Source: Paraspadella gotoi (lineage: Eukaryota > Animalia > Chaetognatha). From it: a DNA stretch of 64,000 nucleotides. The translations under genes and the position numbers were made by a program. The notes beneath the pieces are model-generated. The model was not told the DNA's origin. It saw nothing but the letters and a program-made list of their open reading frames with translations, and made no database searches. The stretch covers positions 5,529,609 through 5,593,608 of the forward strand of contig CM119269.1 of NCBI GenBank assembly GCA_051294375.1, in the 5' to 3' direction. Shown here one piece after another: positions 11,201 through 23,418 of the stretch. The stretch's first letter is position 1; each line of letters starts with the position of its first letter.

Positions 11201-14200
11201 TGACCTACGAAAAAATGGAAGAAATCTAAAGAAAAGAAATTCAATGTAGATTCGGAGACATTCTGATTTTTTTTAAATCAAACAAGTTTTCGAATAGATA
11301 TCCTCTAATAAAAATGTGATATACTTTTTTCGAGATAGTACTACACAGTTTCATACGTTAGGACGGGCATAATAATAGTAATATTAATAGCATAAGACAG
11401 CCAGAGGCTAAATTCCGAGGGTCAGCACTCAACATTCACAATAAACAATCAGCCCCTCCCTGTGTAGACACAATATGAAAGCACAAGAGAAACTAAATGA
11501 TAATCCTTTTCAGTTTTCTATGAATACGTCCCTGCGTAGAGTACCGAAGACAAAATTCCTTCCAACTTTGAAGTAGTACCTTATTCTCATAAACCGAAAT
11601 TTTACGTTAACCTTGATTTTTTTTATTTATTTAATATTTTTACTTAAAATGGCCTAAAAGCTGATGGCCCCCAAAGACTTGGATCTCGACAGTCTCCTAA
11701 AAAGGATGGTCGATACGAGGGGGAAGCGAGTAAAAGAAGTCTCCATGAAAGAGGAGGAAATCGTAGAACTGATTCGACGAGCCAGGGAAATATTTTTGGC
11801 TCAACCGATGCTATTGGAGCTGGAGCCACCGCTAAAGGTTTTGTTTATAAAAACTCGCACATTGCAAGTTGATTTAAATTCTGAGCTTCTGTATCTTGAA
11901 ACTAATACGAATATTAATTCATATTAAGATAATTCTTAACCAACTTTTAAGATTTGTGGAGACACGCATGGTCAATTCTACGATCTCCTTCGGCTGTTCC
12001 AACATGGAGGATTTCCGCCGGAGGCAAATTATCTCTTTCTTGGTGACTATGTCGATCGCGGAAAGCAAAACATTGAAAATATCGTGTGTCTCTTTGCTTA
12101 TAAAGTAAAATATCCTGAAAACTTCTTCCTGTTACGTGGCAATCACGAATGTGCGAGTGTTAACTTCACCTATGGTTTTTACAAAGACTGCAAAGAAAGA
12201 TATTCCATAAAACTGTGGAAGACATTCACAGGTGACTTATTCAGTTATTTAATTTTTTGGAAGAAGTAAAGGCACAAAAAATTTCATAAAAATTGTTTTG
12301 CGGTAGACTGCTGGAATTGTCTACCTATAAGCGCCATTGTCGGTGATAAAATAATTTGCATGCACGGAGGAATTTCACCACAACTTCAATCTCTCGAGCA
12401 GGCAGAAGTTTGAATCGCTGCGCTCGTTTATAAGACACAAGGAAAAAAACATTTAAATTGGGAAAAAAACTCGCAGATAAGAAGAATTCAACGTCCAGCC
12501 GACGTACCAGTCGACGGTCTCTACTGCGATATTCTCTGGAGCGATCCTGACGTCGAAAATCAGGGTTGGGGAAATAACGACCGAGGAGTTTCCTACACTT
12601 TCGGCGCAGACATTATAAACAAATTCTTGGACAGGCACGACTTAGACTTAATATGTCGCGCTCATCAAGTAGGAAAAGTTAAATTCTTTGGACCTGTTTA
12701 CAAATTCATTTAGATCACTGTAATAGGTCGTCGAAGATGGCTATGAATTTATGGCTGATAGAAAATTAGTGACAGTATTTTCAGCACCTAATTACTGTGG
12801 CGAATTTGACAACGCTGGAGGAATGATGACAGTTAATGAAGACCTTCTTTGTTCTTTTCAGGCAAGACTCTTAGAATACTTTATATATAACTATTTTATC
12901 TTACATTATTGTGTCATATTCAAAACGTAATATTATAATTATATTATTTCTTAAAAAACAGATTTTACGTCCATCAGAATCAAAACGAAAACGAAAATGA
13001 TCTTTTTGATTAAATTGTAAAAAGAAAAGGTATTATATTGGTATACAAGTAAACAAAATTATGAGAAACAATGATTTTACCTGGTTTGCCCCCTAAATAT
13101 GTCCAAACATTGCCCTTGTAATCGATGAATTGTACAGTATTGTTCCATATATAGACGACCTTAGGACAGGTGAAATTAGGAGGAAGTCCCCACAAGCTGA
13201 ATCTAGATGGGTATCCCTGAATCATATTAAAAAGGGCGTCGATTTTAAAAGCGAAGAACAGACTATCTTTCCAGGGTTTGTAAAAAGGCCCAAATGCTTA
13301 AAAATCCTAAAAAGCCCAAGGACTTTTTAACAGTGTATTTAAAGGTCTCTTTATAAAATAAAGTAGTTTAAATGTATTTAAAGGTTATAAGATTTTTGTA
13401 AAAATACATATAAGCTAAAGAAGATCTATCACTTTTCAACCTTATAAAATATATATTTAATTACTTATGGATAAATTCTTCTTTGACTAATATAGATTTA
13501 ATACAGATGCAATTTTTTAGAAAACATTTTTAAAGAAAATGAAGCGAGCTGATTATATTAAATTTTTTAACTACTTACTGTTTATAGAAAAAAGAATCAT
13601 ATGGTCAGAACCAGCTTAATTTAAAGGACCAAACGTTATGCTTTCAGTTTTTTATCCCCCCTGATCACTTGGTCCCCTTAAACTTTTGGAAGAAAAACTA
13701 AACTAATCAAACTATTTTCAATAATCCCCTTCCAACTCACTTCAACGATTTTAAAATCGCTAAAAAGAAAGTATTCAACTTCCGTGAAAATAATAACGCG
13801 GAATGAGAAGTCACTTTGGAGGGGAAGTGGCAAAACTGAGCACACCCGCTCTCCGGTGAAACCGAGGAACATATCGGAAATTTTTACCGGGACGTCCTGA
13901 GATTTTAAGAACAAACTTCAAAAAATAAAATTAATTAAAAAAAAAGAAAGCTAAAAATAACCTTGATTCCTTGCAAGGAAGAGTAGGCGTAGACGTAGGA
14001 TCCCTTGAAGATGAGATAATAAATTTGACGCCCGTCGAACCAAGGCTTGACAGGATGCCGACTCGGGTTGACGACGGCGATGGCGTCGAAGACTCCACCG
14101 CAGAGGGCCGCTACCGGATCGTAGGGATCGAAAGTTGGCTGTGGTTCTAAGGACGACGTCGGTTTGGGAACGGGGGGCCTGCAGCACAAGGCCTTCCACG

Positions 14201-17200
14201 GCGGGGTCAATCTGGATGTCACCTGCACTTTGCCCCAATGACAGGATTCGATGGATTCTTCGGTAGCGCAATCGGGAGACTCTGGTTTTATGCGAGCGAA
14301 AGAGAGAGGGGCGCTAGCGTCGTACCAGGCCCAAGTGTTCGTCGTAAAACTCTTGTCGCCGTCAATGACATCCTTTAGATCCTGTTGGGACGGAGTTTAA
14401 ATACACAAGTTTGAGTAAACAATGCCGGATCTGCCCACGATCTTTAGCGTTAAGCAGCTGATGAGATAATTAGAATAATTAATTAAAATTAAATTAATTA
14501 ATAAATAATTAAAATGAATAAATTAAAGAAAAAAGCATTAACTGCAATATGCAAATTAGCATAAACTTGTTATTTGATTAGTCATAATGTGAAAGAAATT
14601 CAAACAAAAAATATTTGAATGGATATGAAACATGTCATTTTAAAATATGATGATGAGAATGAATATAAAAATTTTTAGCTCCCTACAAATACACATTTTA
14701 ACAATTTCCAATTGTAAACAATCGTTAAAAAGTATGATAACGACGACGTCACAAAGAAGCTGAAGCCCGTCTGGCGAGATATAAAAATCATGCATTATGA
14801 CAAAAGAACTCGTTTTGCGCCAACCTCAAGAAAGCAAAGTCTTCTTTTAGTTTTTTGACAATACTTTCGGGCCAACTCGACGCTTTTGAAGAACTCGTCA
14901 GACAATATGGGAAGCGAGGCGACGACCGGGAGCGAAGGCACCCCGTAGATCTTTTGAACGCCCTTGATGTCGTCGACGGTGAGACCGATAGTTTGATCAC
15001 AGCTTTTATAAAAAGGCCACATCGTGGAATCTTTGATATTGGAATGCTGGAGTCCAATAGAGTGTCCCATCTCGTGTAGGATGACGTAGTAAAAGCAGGT
15101 TCCACTTGGATTACCTGTAATTTTGTTGTAAGTTGACGCTGTTTAATGTTTATTACTTAAAAGAAATGAAAATCTGATAGTAAAGCATAAGAATTAAATA
15201 GTAATACTAAAACAAGGCTGAACAAACAATGCCAGATCTGCTCACGATTGTTAGTGGTAAGTTGGGTTTATACAGTTATAAAGCTATCCTTCAGTATATA
15301 TTTTTTATTTTTAAATGAAAGGTTATTCGCCCACCTAACGTGACCCAATTTTCGTCGGAGTCGACGTGAATGTCGCCGGTCAAAGGGTGAGGATTATTTA
15401 TTTTGTGACTGGGGAAAAAAGCGTGCGCGAGAACGCCTCCCTGACCGTCGAACTTAAATCGGTCTTCGTGACCCCAGCTCCGAAAGCCGATGATGATTTC
15501 CGTGCTTTTCATGCAAGTAGTTCTTACAATCTTTTTGGGAATTATTCTGTTCCATTCGGACATCGCCGCGTCGATGTCTCGGTCGAAATAAAACTAAGAG
15601 GAAAAAAACAAGAACGATAATTCTAAAGTGTATTTCCGAGTTATCACGCGACTACATTTATAACTATAAAATCAATAGAAAATATCAAATATAAAATATA
15701 AAATAACCAAACATTACACGATTGAAGACGTAAAAAAAATCACTGTTCGATATTATGATATTCGGTTGAATTTTGTAAAACGTTTTATTTTTATTTTCCT
15801 ATCAAAAATATCAATGCAAAATCTTTTTTTGTTGTTTAAATATGACTAATTATAGGGTAAACTATAAAAATTTTTATAAAGGAGGTATTATGGTGGACTA
15901 AAATCCACCAACCGTTCATCAGCGGCCTTTGGTGCAGGAGGCAAGTGTCAGGAACAAACTCTTGTGGAATCTCGATTGGATCTTTGTGGAAATCCGTTTC
16001 AACATTTGTGGATTTAATTCATTCATTGATTGAAACTGTTGACACCCTGCTGCCCGCGTCTAGTAGCATACGAGCAACGCCGAGACTCTTTAAGCTGCCT
16101 CTTTGGTCTGCAGCCACCCATCGACCCGTTAGGGGGTCCGCAAGGTGTGCCCCCTAACAGTGGTGCATCGTCCTTTTTGCCATGCCTCGTGTGTGGTCCG
16201 ATTTCACTTTACATGGTGACAATTTTACAAGCGCCGGTAAAAAAACGCTGTCATTTGCAAACCAGTGGTTATTTCATTGATTTTAAAAATTAGTTGAGTA
16301 GAAAATATTAAAGTTATTTATGTGTTCAAATTTTATATTGATCAGTTAAGATATGCCTTGTCAATGAGTGGAGAAAGTTGGCTTGTAAAATCGGGTTTCA
16401 TTTTCCAACTCACTTTTTTTAGATTCAATTTTTTTCTCTTACTTTCAATAAGTTTTCTGAAGAAATTTTAAATAAAATAATATTATTATTAATATTATTA
16501 TCTTCTGACAGCCCTTTCAAATCTAAAGAGAATGACATACTTACAAATACTGTAGTATAAAATTTAATCGGCCCAGCTTTAATTTAATTAGGATACTCAA
16601 AAACAAGACATCTTTCCAAAAATCAATAGCTGGAGGGTAAATTTAGGATTTTTATCAAATTGTGATTGGCTATCTTAAATCTTTTCTTTTTTTGGCTCTT
16701 TCATGATACTTATATAAATAATAATATTTTATGTTATAATAATTTAAACAGGTCATATATTTTAAAAAAAGATTTAAAATTTTACATAATTCACTTTTGA
16801 CTCTCTTAATTGAACCAAGGCTGGGCAGCTTAATTTTTATGTAAGAGCTTTCGTAAGTATATCATTCTCTTCATTTTTTTAAGGGCTTTCTGAGGATATT
16901 AATATTGTTAATATCTTATTAAATACTTTGTTTAAATTGTTACCATGTAGGTGAGGCTGAGTCTCCTGCGATGGTATGCATTAGCATGGAATCCTTTAAG
17001 CTAGCTATACATGTATTTAGCATTTTAACACTAAGTTTGGATTTCCTTTCAGAAGTAAGTTATCTTAGATGTTAACACTTATCAGTATACTAACCGAAAC
17101 TATCTTAACCAATACTAGAAATTTTATATATAAAAGGTATTCTCACCTTTAATATCGGGCTTGTTTCGTTGGGATAAGCACTGACGCAGTAGGTTAAAGT

Positions 17201-18772
17201 CTTCTTTTTCTTTGACCAACTGGTTCCGTATAACCGGTATCTTTTTCGACGCCTTACTAAACGGACCGACAAACAGCAAGAAAAACCAATGTAAATCGTT
17301 TTCAAGGGCTTAACTGAACTGTTACTGCGATACTAATAATAAAAATCTACTATGAAATAAATTCAATAGGAACTGGGGTTCAAAACTTAAGTCTTGAAGT
17401 CTACATTCAGGTAAAAAAATTTTTTTTTAAAAAGTTCGATTTTAATGCTTCTATATTTGCTATCAAAATGATAATATTACTATATTCACTTAATTCTTTA
17501 AGTTAGCCAAAAATTCAAAAAAACTATATATTTTTATACTAAAATTTAAATATAGGTTAATAATAAGTTTTTTAGGATTTTGTCCCACTTAATGAAATAA
17601 TTTTCTAAAAAGAGTTATATTTCCTTCTATCAACTTTTCCTGAGGAATTCGAATCTAATTTTAAAAATAAGGAAAAAAAAATTTCTATGGTGTGTACTAT
17701 GTATAAATATGGGCGTATGCGAAAATTGAAAAATAAAAATTAATTTTACTATTCGAATTTTGATTCTACTTGATTTTAATATTTTTGCTACGCTTTATTG
17801 TAGAGCCTTCTGGTAAAATAGGGTTAAAATATAAAAAATATTTAATGAGATTATTTTTGTTTCAGAAAAAAAACCTTTATTAGATGTAGGCTTTAATAGA
17901 TGTACTTGATTGATGTACTAAAATTGATTATTTTATTTTTTAAAATGTTTTTTATTTGTAGAGCCATCTAATAAACAAAAAATGTTTTATAAAATAAAGC
18001 GATGTAAGTAAAAATCTAGTAAGTGCAGACAAAAGAGCAAATTTCTAGAGAAAGTAAAGGAAAAATACTCATAATAAAAAAATAAGAGACTTAGAGAAAA
18101 AAAAGTAACCAAAAAAAATGTACGATTTCAGGGGTGAACTACAAAAATCACATTTTGTGAGAGTAGTAAGAAACTAGTAAGACTAGGTTAACGGCGTAAA
18201 CTTTGTTAACTTGGAATATTTCCTCATATGAATATGTCCTATTTCCCATTTTTATGAAAATAGAAGATTTAGTCTTTATACCCTATATAGAACGGATAGT
18301 TGAACCTGAAGGAAGGTGCTCCACTGCACCCATCATTGCATTGATATCTGCGTCTTCGACGTCAGGGTCGCCGCATCGTTCTTTGTTCATCCACTTTGCC
18401 GTCTCATCGTCAATTTTTCCCGTTTGCGGGATGTTGGCCATTACCTGTGCAATGCAGTGTGCATGGTTCAATAATACACTCAATCAAGACTGACTTGGAA
18501 TAATCAATTACCTGGAATTTTTTTATAGCTTCTACGTAAACCTTTTCTTCCATCAAGGCATTTTCAGGGCCAAGCACATAGCCAAAATACCTAAGATACT
18601 CAACTCCTCCAGTGGCTTCAATGTCCCTGTGGGTTTTCGTACCCAAGTCGTGGCCCGTTATGCTAGGATAATCCATGTGATGGTCGTCTTCCATGTGTAC
18701 TCTGACCATGGGCAAGGCCCCGCACTCGTAGATCAAGAGGCATAGCAATAATAGACCACAGCCTAAAGCCAT
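8291..18772 (-). CDS. Matrix metalloproteinase (M10A) with hemopexin domain; exons ~18772-18512, 18444-18306, 17256-17147, 15593-15335, 15114-14825, 14381-13962, 13917-13740, 13218-13081, 8496-8291
   Basis: Signal peptide, cysteine switch ERCGDPD, furin site RRRKR|[15 protein letters not shown], zinc motif [12 protein letters not shown], Met-turn MWP. Hemopexin domain opens with CGGVFDAI and closes with [14 protein letters not shown]. The phase-1 donor at 13081 matches the phase-1 acceptor at 8496. Confidence 0.88.
10056..10625. repeat. 23-bp minisatellite, about 25 copies, GATGCGATGATAACCAAA(G/T)GAT(T/G)
   Basis: Directly visible tandem array; unit variants change gradually along it. Confidence 0.95.
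10876..10920 (-). ncRNA. Minimal type I hammerhead ribozyme motif of Penelope-like pLTR type; stem I degenerate
   Basis: Minus strand reads CTGAAGA-agactttt acta aagtc-GAAACATGTC: CUGANGA core, stem II, GAAA, palindromic mini stem III and GUC cleavage triplet. Confidence 0.55.
11664..13000 (+). CDS. PPP1C: Divergent protein phosphatase 1 catalytic subunit, nested antisense in the last MMP intron; exons 11664-11837, 11952-12231, 12307-12401, 12477-12668, 12727-12861, 12962-13000
   Basis: PPP motifs GDTHGQ, GDYVDRG, LRGNHE, HGG and [12 protein letters not shown], plus the PP1 signature [14 protein letters not shown]. Confidence 0.93.
15889..15946 (+). mobile_element. 5' fragment of the tRNA-bearing LTR
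   Basis: TATGGTGGACTAAAATCCACCAACCGTTCATCAGCGGCC...GGAGGCAAGT matches the LTR starting at 36510. Confidence 0.75.
16212..16947. mobile_element. Tc1/mariner-type MITE
   Basis: TIRs CATGGTGACAATTT ... AAATTGTTACCATG, flanked by TA on both sides. Confidence 0.65.
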
Positions 18773-19043
18773 CTCTCGTCAAGTGGCTAAAATATTTTGA
18801 AACGGATCAATATGAATCGTAATAGAGTTATTATAGGTAAAAATAAAAGGAGAAATTTTAAAATTCTAGAGGGCATTCCACTGCTGGATCAACATAGCAT
18901 GAAAAACTTGGTAAAATCAACAAAAACGTACGAAGGTAAAAAAAAAAAACAATTGAACAAGGGCGCTTCGTCGAATCCCACACATTTTACGTATAATTGA
19001 CTCGATCAAAACGTGATCAAATTTGAAAAATAAACACACTTTT

Positions 19044-22000
19044 CTACTGCGACAACGTTGACCAAGACCAATCTCTCGAGCCGACAAGTACTACTGGACT
19101 GGGCGGCAAATCCGAGAGCAACGCTCGTCCCGATTTCAACTCTCGTAATCGACGGGACTTTCGAGCGGCGCAGGTAATCGAGGGCGGGACAGCGAACGAC
19201 GAGGTCGTCTTTCGATGTTTCGTCGAATCGTCTAAGTTCGGGACAGCAGATCTAGATGGGTAACCGGGCATTGGGCGCTTTCTTCTAGAGGGCGTCAGAC
19301 GACCACCGCCGTTTTTCTGGGAAAAAAATCTTACAAAAAAAACAATTCATTTAAAAAAAAGCGGATTGACATTACCAGGCGAACGACGATAATTCCAACG
19401 ACGCAAAATACCAAAACCGCCCCAGACATAAAAACCCAGCAGAACCAGCGGGAATGATCTGAGGGAAACTTAATATCATTCACTGATAAAGTCGCCATTT
19501 CTTCTAAATTTCCTGGATAAATCTACTTTTGGCCTTTTAGATCTCAACCTGGTCGCGACGTGCAAAAACCCACCATCGTCGACGATTTCCTCCACAACGA
19601 TCGATGCTATGTGACAGAATTTTCCCTCGAATCCAGATCGACACCTGCAGTGGCCGATGCCTGTAAAACCCACGCAGGCGCCTCCGTTGCGGCAGGCGTT
19701 GAGGAGGTCGAAGAAGAGGCAAGGTGGCGGTCGGTTGCCTGGGTTAGGAAGGGGTAGAAAAGGAGAGAGAAGGGAAAGAGAAAAAGAAATGGGAGAGGGG
19801 GTGCAGTTAAAAAGAGAGAGTGGGACTTTAAAAAATGGGAAAATATTTTAAGAGTAAGGGGGAGAGAGATTTGGAAAAGAGAGAAAAGGATTGAGTGAGA
19901 GAGGCGGAAATTGAGGGAGTGGGAAAGTTAGAAAGATAGGGGGGAGAGGTAATGGGAGAAAGTGAGATTAGATGTATACATTGTATAGGGGGTGAAAAAG
20001 AGAAAAGTATGAGAGGAAGGGGAATGGGGTGGGAGATAAAAATTGATTAAGGGAGGAAATCAAAACGCAGTAGATGCTTTGAAACGGGAATTAAGAAAAG
20101 GGAAGGGATGGGTCGAGATGAGCGAAAAGACAGTTTGAAAGGAGATAAGGGGAAACAGAGAGGGAGGCAACAAGATATAGTGAAGGACAGAGGTAGGAAA
20201 AGTGAGGGAGCGAAAGAAAGAGTTACGGAAACAATTAGGGAAGGAAAGATGGACAAGCGGAGAGAAAGAGAACGAGTGAGACAAAGAGACGCGGCGATTT
20301 TAGAAAAAAAGGTAAAGAGAGAAGGATAGGTATGTGGAGAGAGGTAGAGATAGAGACAGAGAGAGTGATGGCGAGCTCGTGGGAGATAAGCAACGAGATG
20401 AGGAGAGAGAAAAGGATGAAAAAGGAGTTAGAGAAAAGGAAATAGAGAATGAAGGAGAGGGAGCAAGAGAGAGAAAGAAAGAGAGGGAATGAGAGACAAA
20501 AAGAGATAAAGATTTGGACAGAAAGAACAATAAAAACAGAAAGAGGGAAGAAGGGATTGAAGCGTAAATAGAAGGGGATTTGGAGTGAGGAGCTGAAGGT
20601 CAGATTAAAAAAAAATTGTAGATAATAAGGAATGAGAAAGTCAATCCTAATTAAACAAGTTTGAGCAAACAATGTCGGATCTGTCCACGATAATTATCGG
20701 TAATTAATTAAATAATTAATTAATTAGGCAATTAATTAATTTGATCCAAAAGGTTTGTTTTGATTGATTGACAAATTAATTAATTATTGATTAATTAATT
20801 GACTAATTGATTAATTAACCGATTAAATATTTGGTTAATGAATACATCTTGCATTTATATTTAAAATAAAAAGAAAAAGAAGCATAATCAATTAGTAAAA
20901 CTAGTTTAAATAAAAAAACAACAAAAAACCTAATTCCATTGAGACGATTCCATCGGAACTTGATTCCCAGCTTAATCACACACTTTCCTACCCACATACA
21001 AAATTTCAGGTAATTGGTGTTCAAATAGTGAAATATATTTTTTTTGTTTTTTCCATTTAAAACTTCATATCCAGCTCAATCACACACAATTTTATTCTAA
21101 TCCAATCATTCCGTCTTGCTATATTTTACTGCCTGAACTAATTAAAATTTTTTTTTCACCAATCGATAGCTTTTATACTTTCTATATATATTCTTTAAGA
21201 AAAACAGTTTTTATTTGGCAAACAACGATTTTTTTAACAAAATATAATTGGACATGTTTCGACTCTTGTACTATGAGTCTTCAAGAAAATCGTTGTTTGC
21301 CAAATAAAAACTTTCCTCTATCTCAAAACACAACGAAATAAAGAAATTAATACAATATATATATTCTTAAAATTAAAAATGACATAGTACTATTAGTAGT
21401 ATATTTCAAACTAACGAATGGCTACTTTTTTTTGCGCCGCAGTATTTCCTGAAGTCGGCGCATGCAGTCACTTAGATTTTAGGTTTTTTCATGTCTTAAC
21501 AAATGAGCAACCAACTAAAGCGATTTATAAACATTTTTAACGTAAGTAGGACAGACCGACGGACAGACATACCGACCGAAAAATAACTTATCGAGTTGCT
21601 CCGCGTAACTGGTCAGGGCAATCTTAATCACCGACGAGGACTGACCTACCAACTCCAAGGGAGGCGAGGTATAATTTGATTCTTTGAAATGAAAAAGGAG
21701 CGTGGAATTGAATTCGCCGTCTTTTACGAAATTGCTGACGTGCTTCAAATAGCTGGGGATCGAGGACAACTCCGAAGGGTCCAGAGTTTTGCCGAAAAGG
21801 AGTCCGGTTCTGACGAGAACCGACCGAGGACCCACGAACCTGTAGCAGATGATTTCCGTCTTAAGAATAGAAGTGAGAGAGAGATCGAGGAACAAAACGT
21901 TAAAGAGTTTGTTCCGATTCGAGCGAATCCCGCTCAGTAAGTTGGGGTGTTTGAGAATGCGGTGCAAGCCGCGCTTCTTTTTGCTGTAGATGCGCAGGAT

Positions 22001-22462
22001 CGGGTGGACGATCTCGTGCTCGATTTCGACGACGGTGGCGCCGCCGCCGACGCTGCGTCCGATGCTGGACGGGTCGTCGAACTCCAACGAGCAGACTGGG
22101 TAGACTCGATGATGGTCCTCTTCGGAGGAGAAATGCTCCAGTGGCGGGACGGTTTCTTCGGTTGCGTTAAGAAGAACGATAGATTCGAGCCGAGTGAAGT
22201 CGGCGTCGACAAGGTGGCGCCGCATAACAGCGCGGAGGTCCTCGTAGTCGGTCGAGTTGATCCACAGAGTGGGCTGGGAGAAGGCTGCCTCCTCGTAGTC
22301 GTTGATGAAGCGCGTGAGACCCGGGTCTTTCAAGAGGAGGACCAGGGTCTCGCGCGGGAGAGACTCGACAAAGTCGAGAAGCTTCTCCGATTCTACGTAG
22401 GCGCGCCCCCCGTGGGAACAGCGACAAAAAGTGGCAAGAATAATGATGAGTAATTGTCGCAT
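19044..22462 (-). CDS. Unassigned type I membrane protein of ~445 aa (signal peptide, ~270-aa ectodomain, one juxtamembrane EGF domain, TM, basic Ser/Pro-rich tail); exons 22462-21646, 19738-19574, 19458-19376, 19316-19044
   Basis: Signal peptide MRQLLIIILATFCRCSHG. EGF domain CLFFDLLNACRNGGACVGFTGIGHCRCRSGFEGKFC. TM WFCWVFMSGAVLVFCVVGIIVV. Intron phases 1,1,0 are consistent. Confidence 0.72.
20654..21100 (-). mobile_element. HINE-like family 1, partial copy
   Basis: Same AAACAAGTTTGAGCAAACAATG terminus and internal CACACACTTTCCTACCCACATACAAAATTTC unit as 6762-7472. Confidence 0.6.
21208..21311 (-). mobile_element. Penelope-like pLTR remnant: truncated hammerhead motif inside an inverted repeat
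   Basis: Minus strand reads gaagactcatagtacaagagtcGAAACATGTCcaat. Flanked by inverted arms GTTTTTATTTGGCAAACAACGATTTT and AAAATCGTTGTTTGCCAAATAAAAAC. Confidence 0.45.
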
Positions 22463-23418
22463 GCTTACTATTGCTTAGGTAACTAATTTTGTTATCTTTC
22501 AACTTGTACTGTCACCATGACACTTGCAAGCAAGAAAGCAAGGGAAATCCCGAGGTAAAAATTTAATCGTGCTGTCAAAAAAATGAACACAGGTTGCGTC
22601 ATTCTTTTATATATCTAATAAAAACCATTGATTAATTCACTAATTTAGACTTAATTGCTTTTCAAGTATCGATTTCGAATAAAGACGATGCATAATCCAT
22701 AGCGAGCTTTTAAAATAGATAATGCCTGGATTTAGACTACATGGAGGTAAAAAAAATTTTAAATCATGAAAATCTATTGTAATTATTGACGAGGAAATGG
22801 GACTATTAATGAACATCCAATAAGGAAAAACGAAAAAGGCTTGAAAAAAGAGACGAACAATGATCCATCATGCATCAAAACACGAATTACAAGTGAATTC
22901 GATAAAAAAAAAAAGAAAATTGAGCAAAGAACCTCAACTAATGAAAAAATATAAAAGCAATCTATGGTTTAAAATAGAAATCTTATCTTGTTCTGTATAT
23001 TATTGTTCAGTACATTATTTGAAGGCAAGTACATCACACACAATTTTCTTTGACGGGTTTTGGAAAACTATAGTCCAAAGTTTATAAATAAATAAATAAA
23101 TCAGAGGTACATGTAGTTACCAATGTTTAAAAACTTAAAAAAATAAAATAGAAACAAAAAAAATTACGACTAATTAAAACTTAACTTGAAAATACTATAT
23201 ACCTTGACTGGATTATCTATGCAAAGCTCAAAGGTATCTGCAAAATGACTAGTCGAATTAGTAATACTGCAGTTTTAAGTACATCCGAGGTCAAAAAACA
23301 AGTTGCGCCACATGAAATTGTTGATGGTATTCTCCATTGGGCTTTGACTAATCCCCATAATCCGAACTAAAATCGATTCCATTTTATCGATTGTCATTTT
23401 CACGCATTTTTTTTGGTT

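Noticed and set aside
21515-21645. C-terminal tail of the 315-aa ORF
   Set aside because: It runs past a good phase-1 donor (G|GTCAGT) into the end of a HINE-like element.
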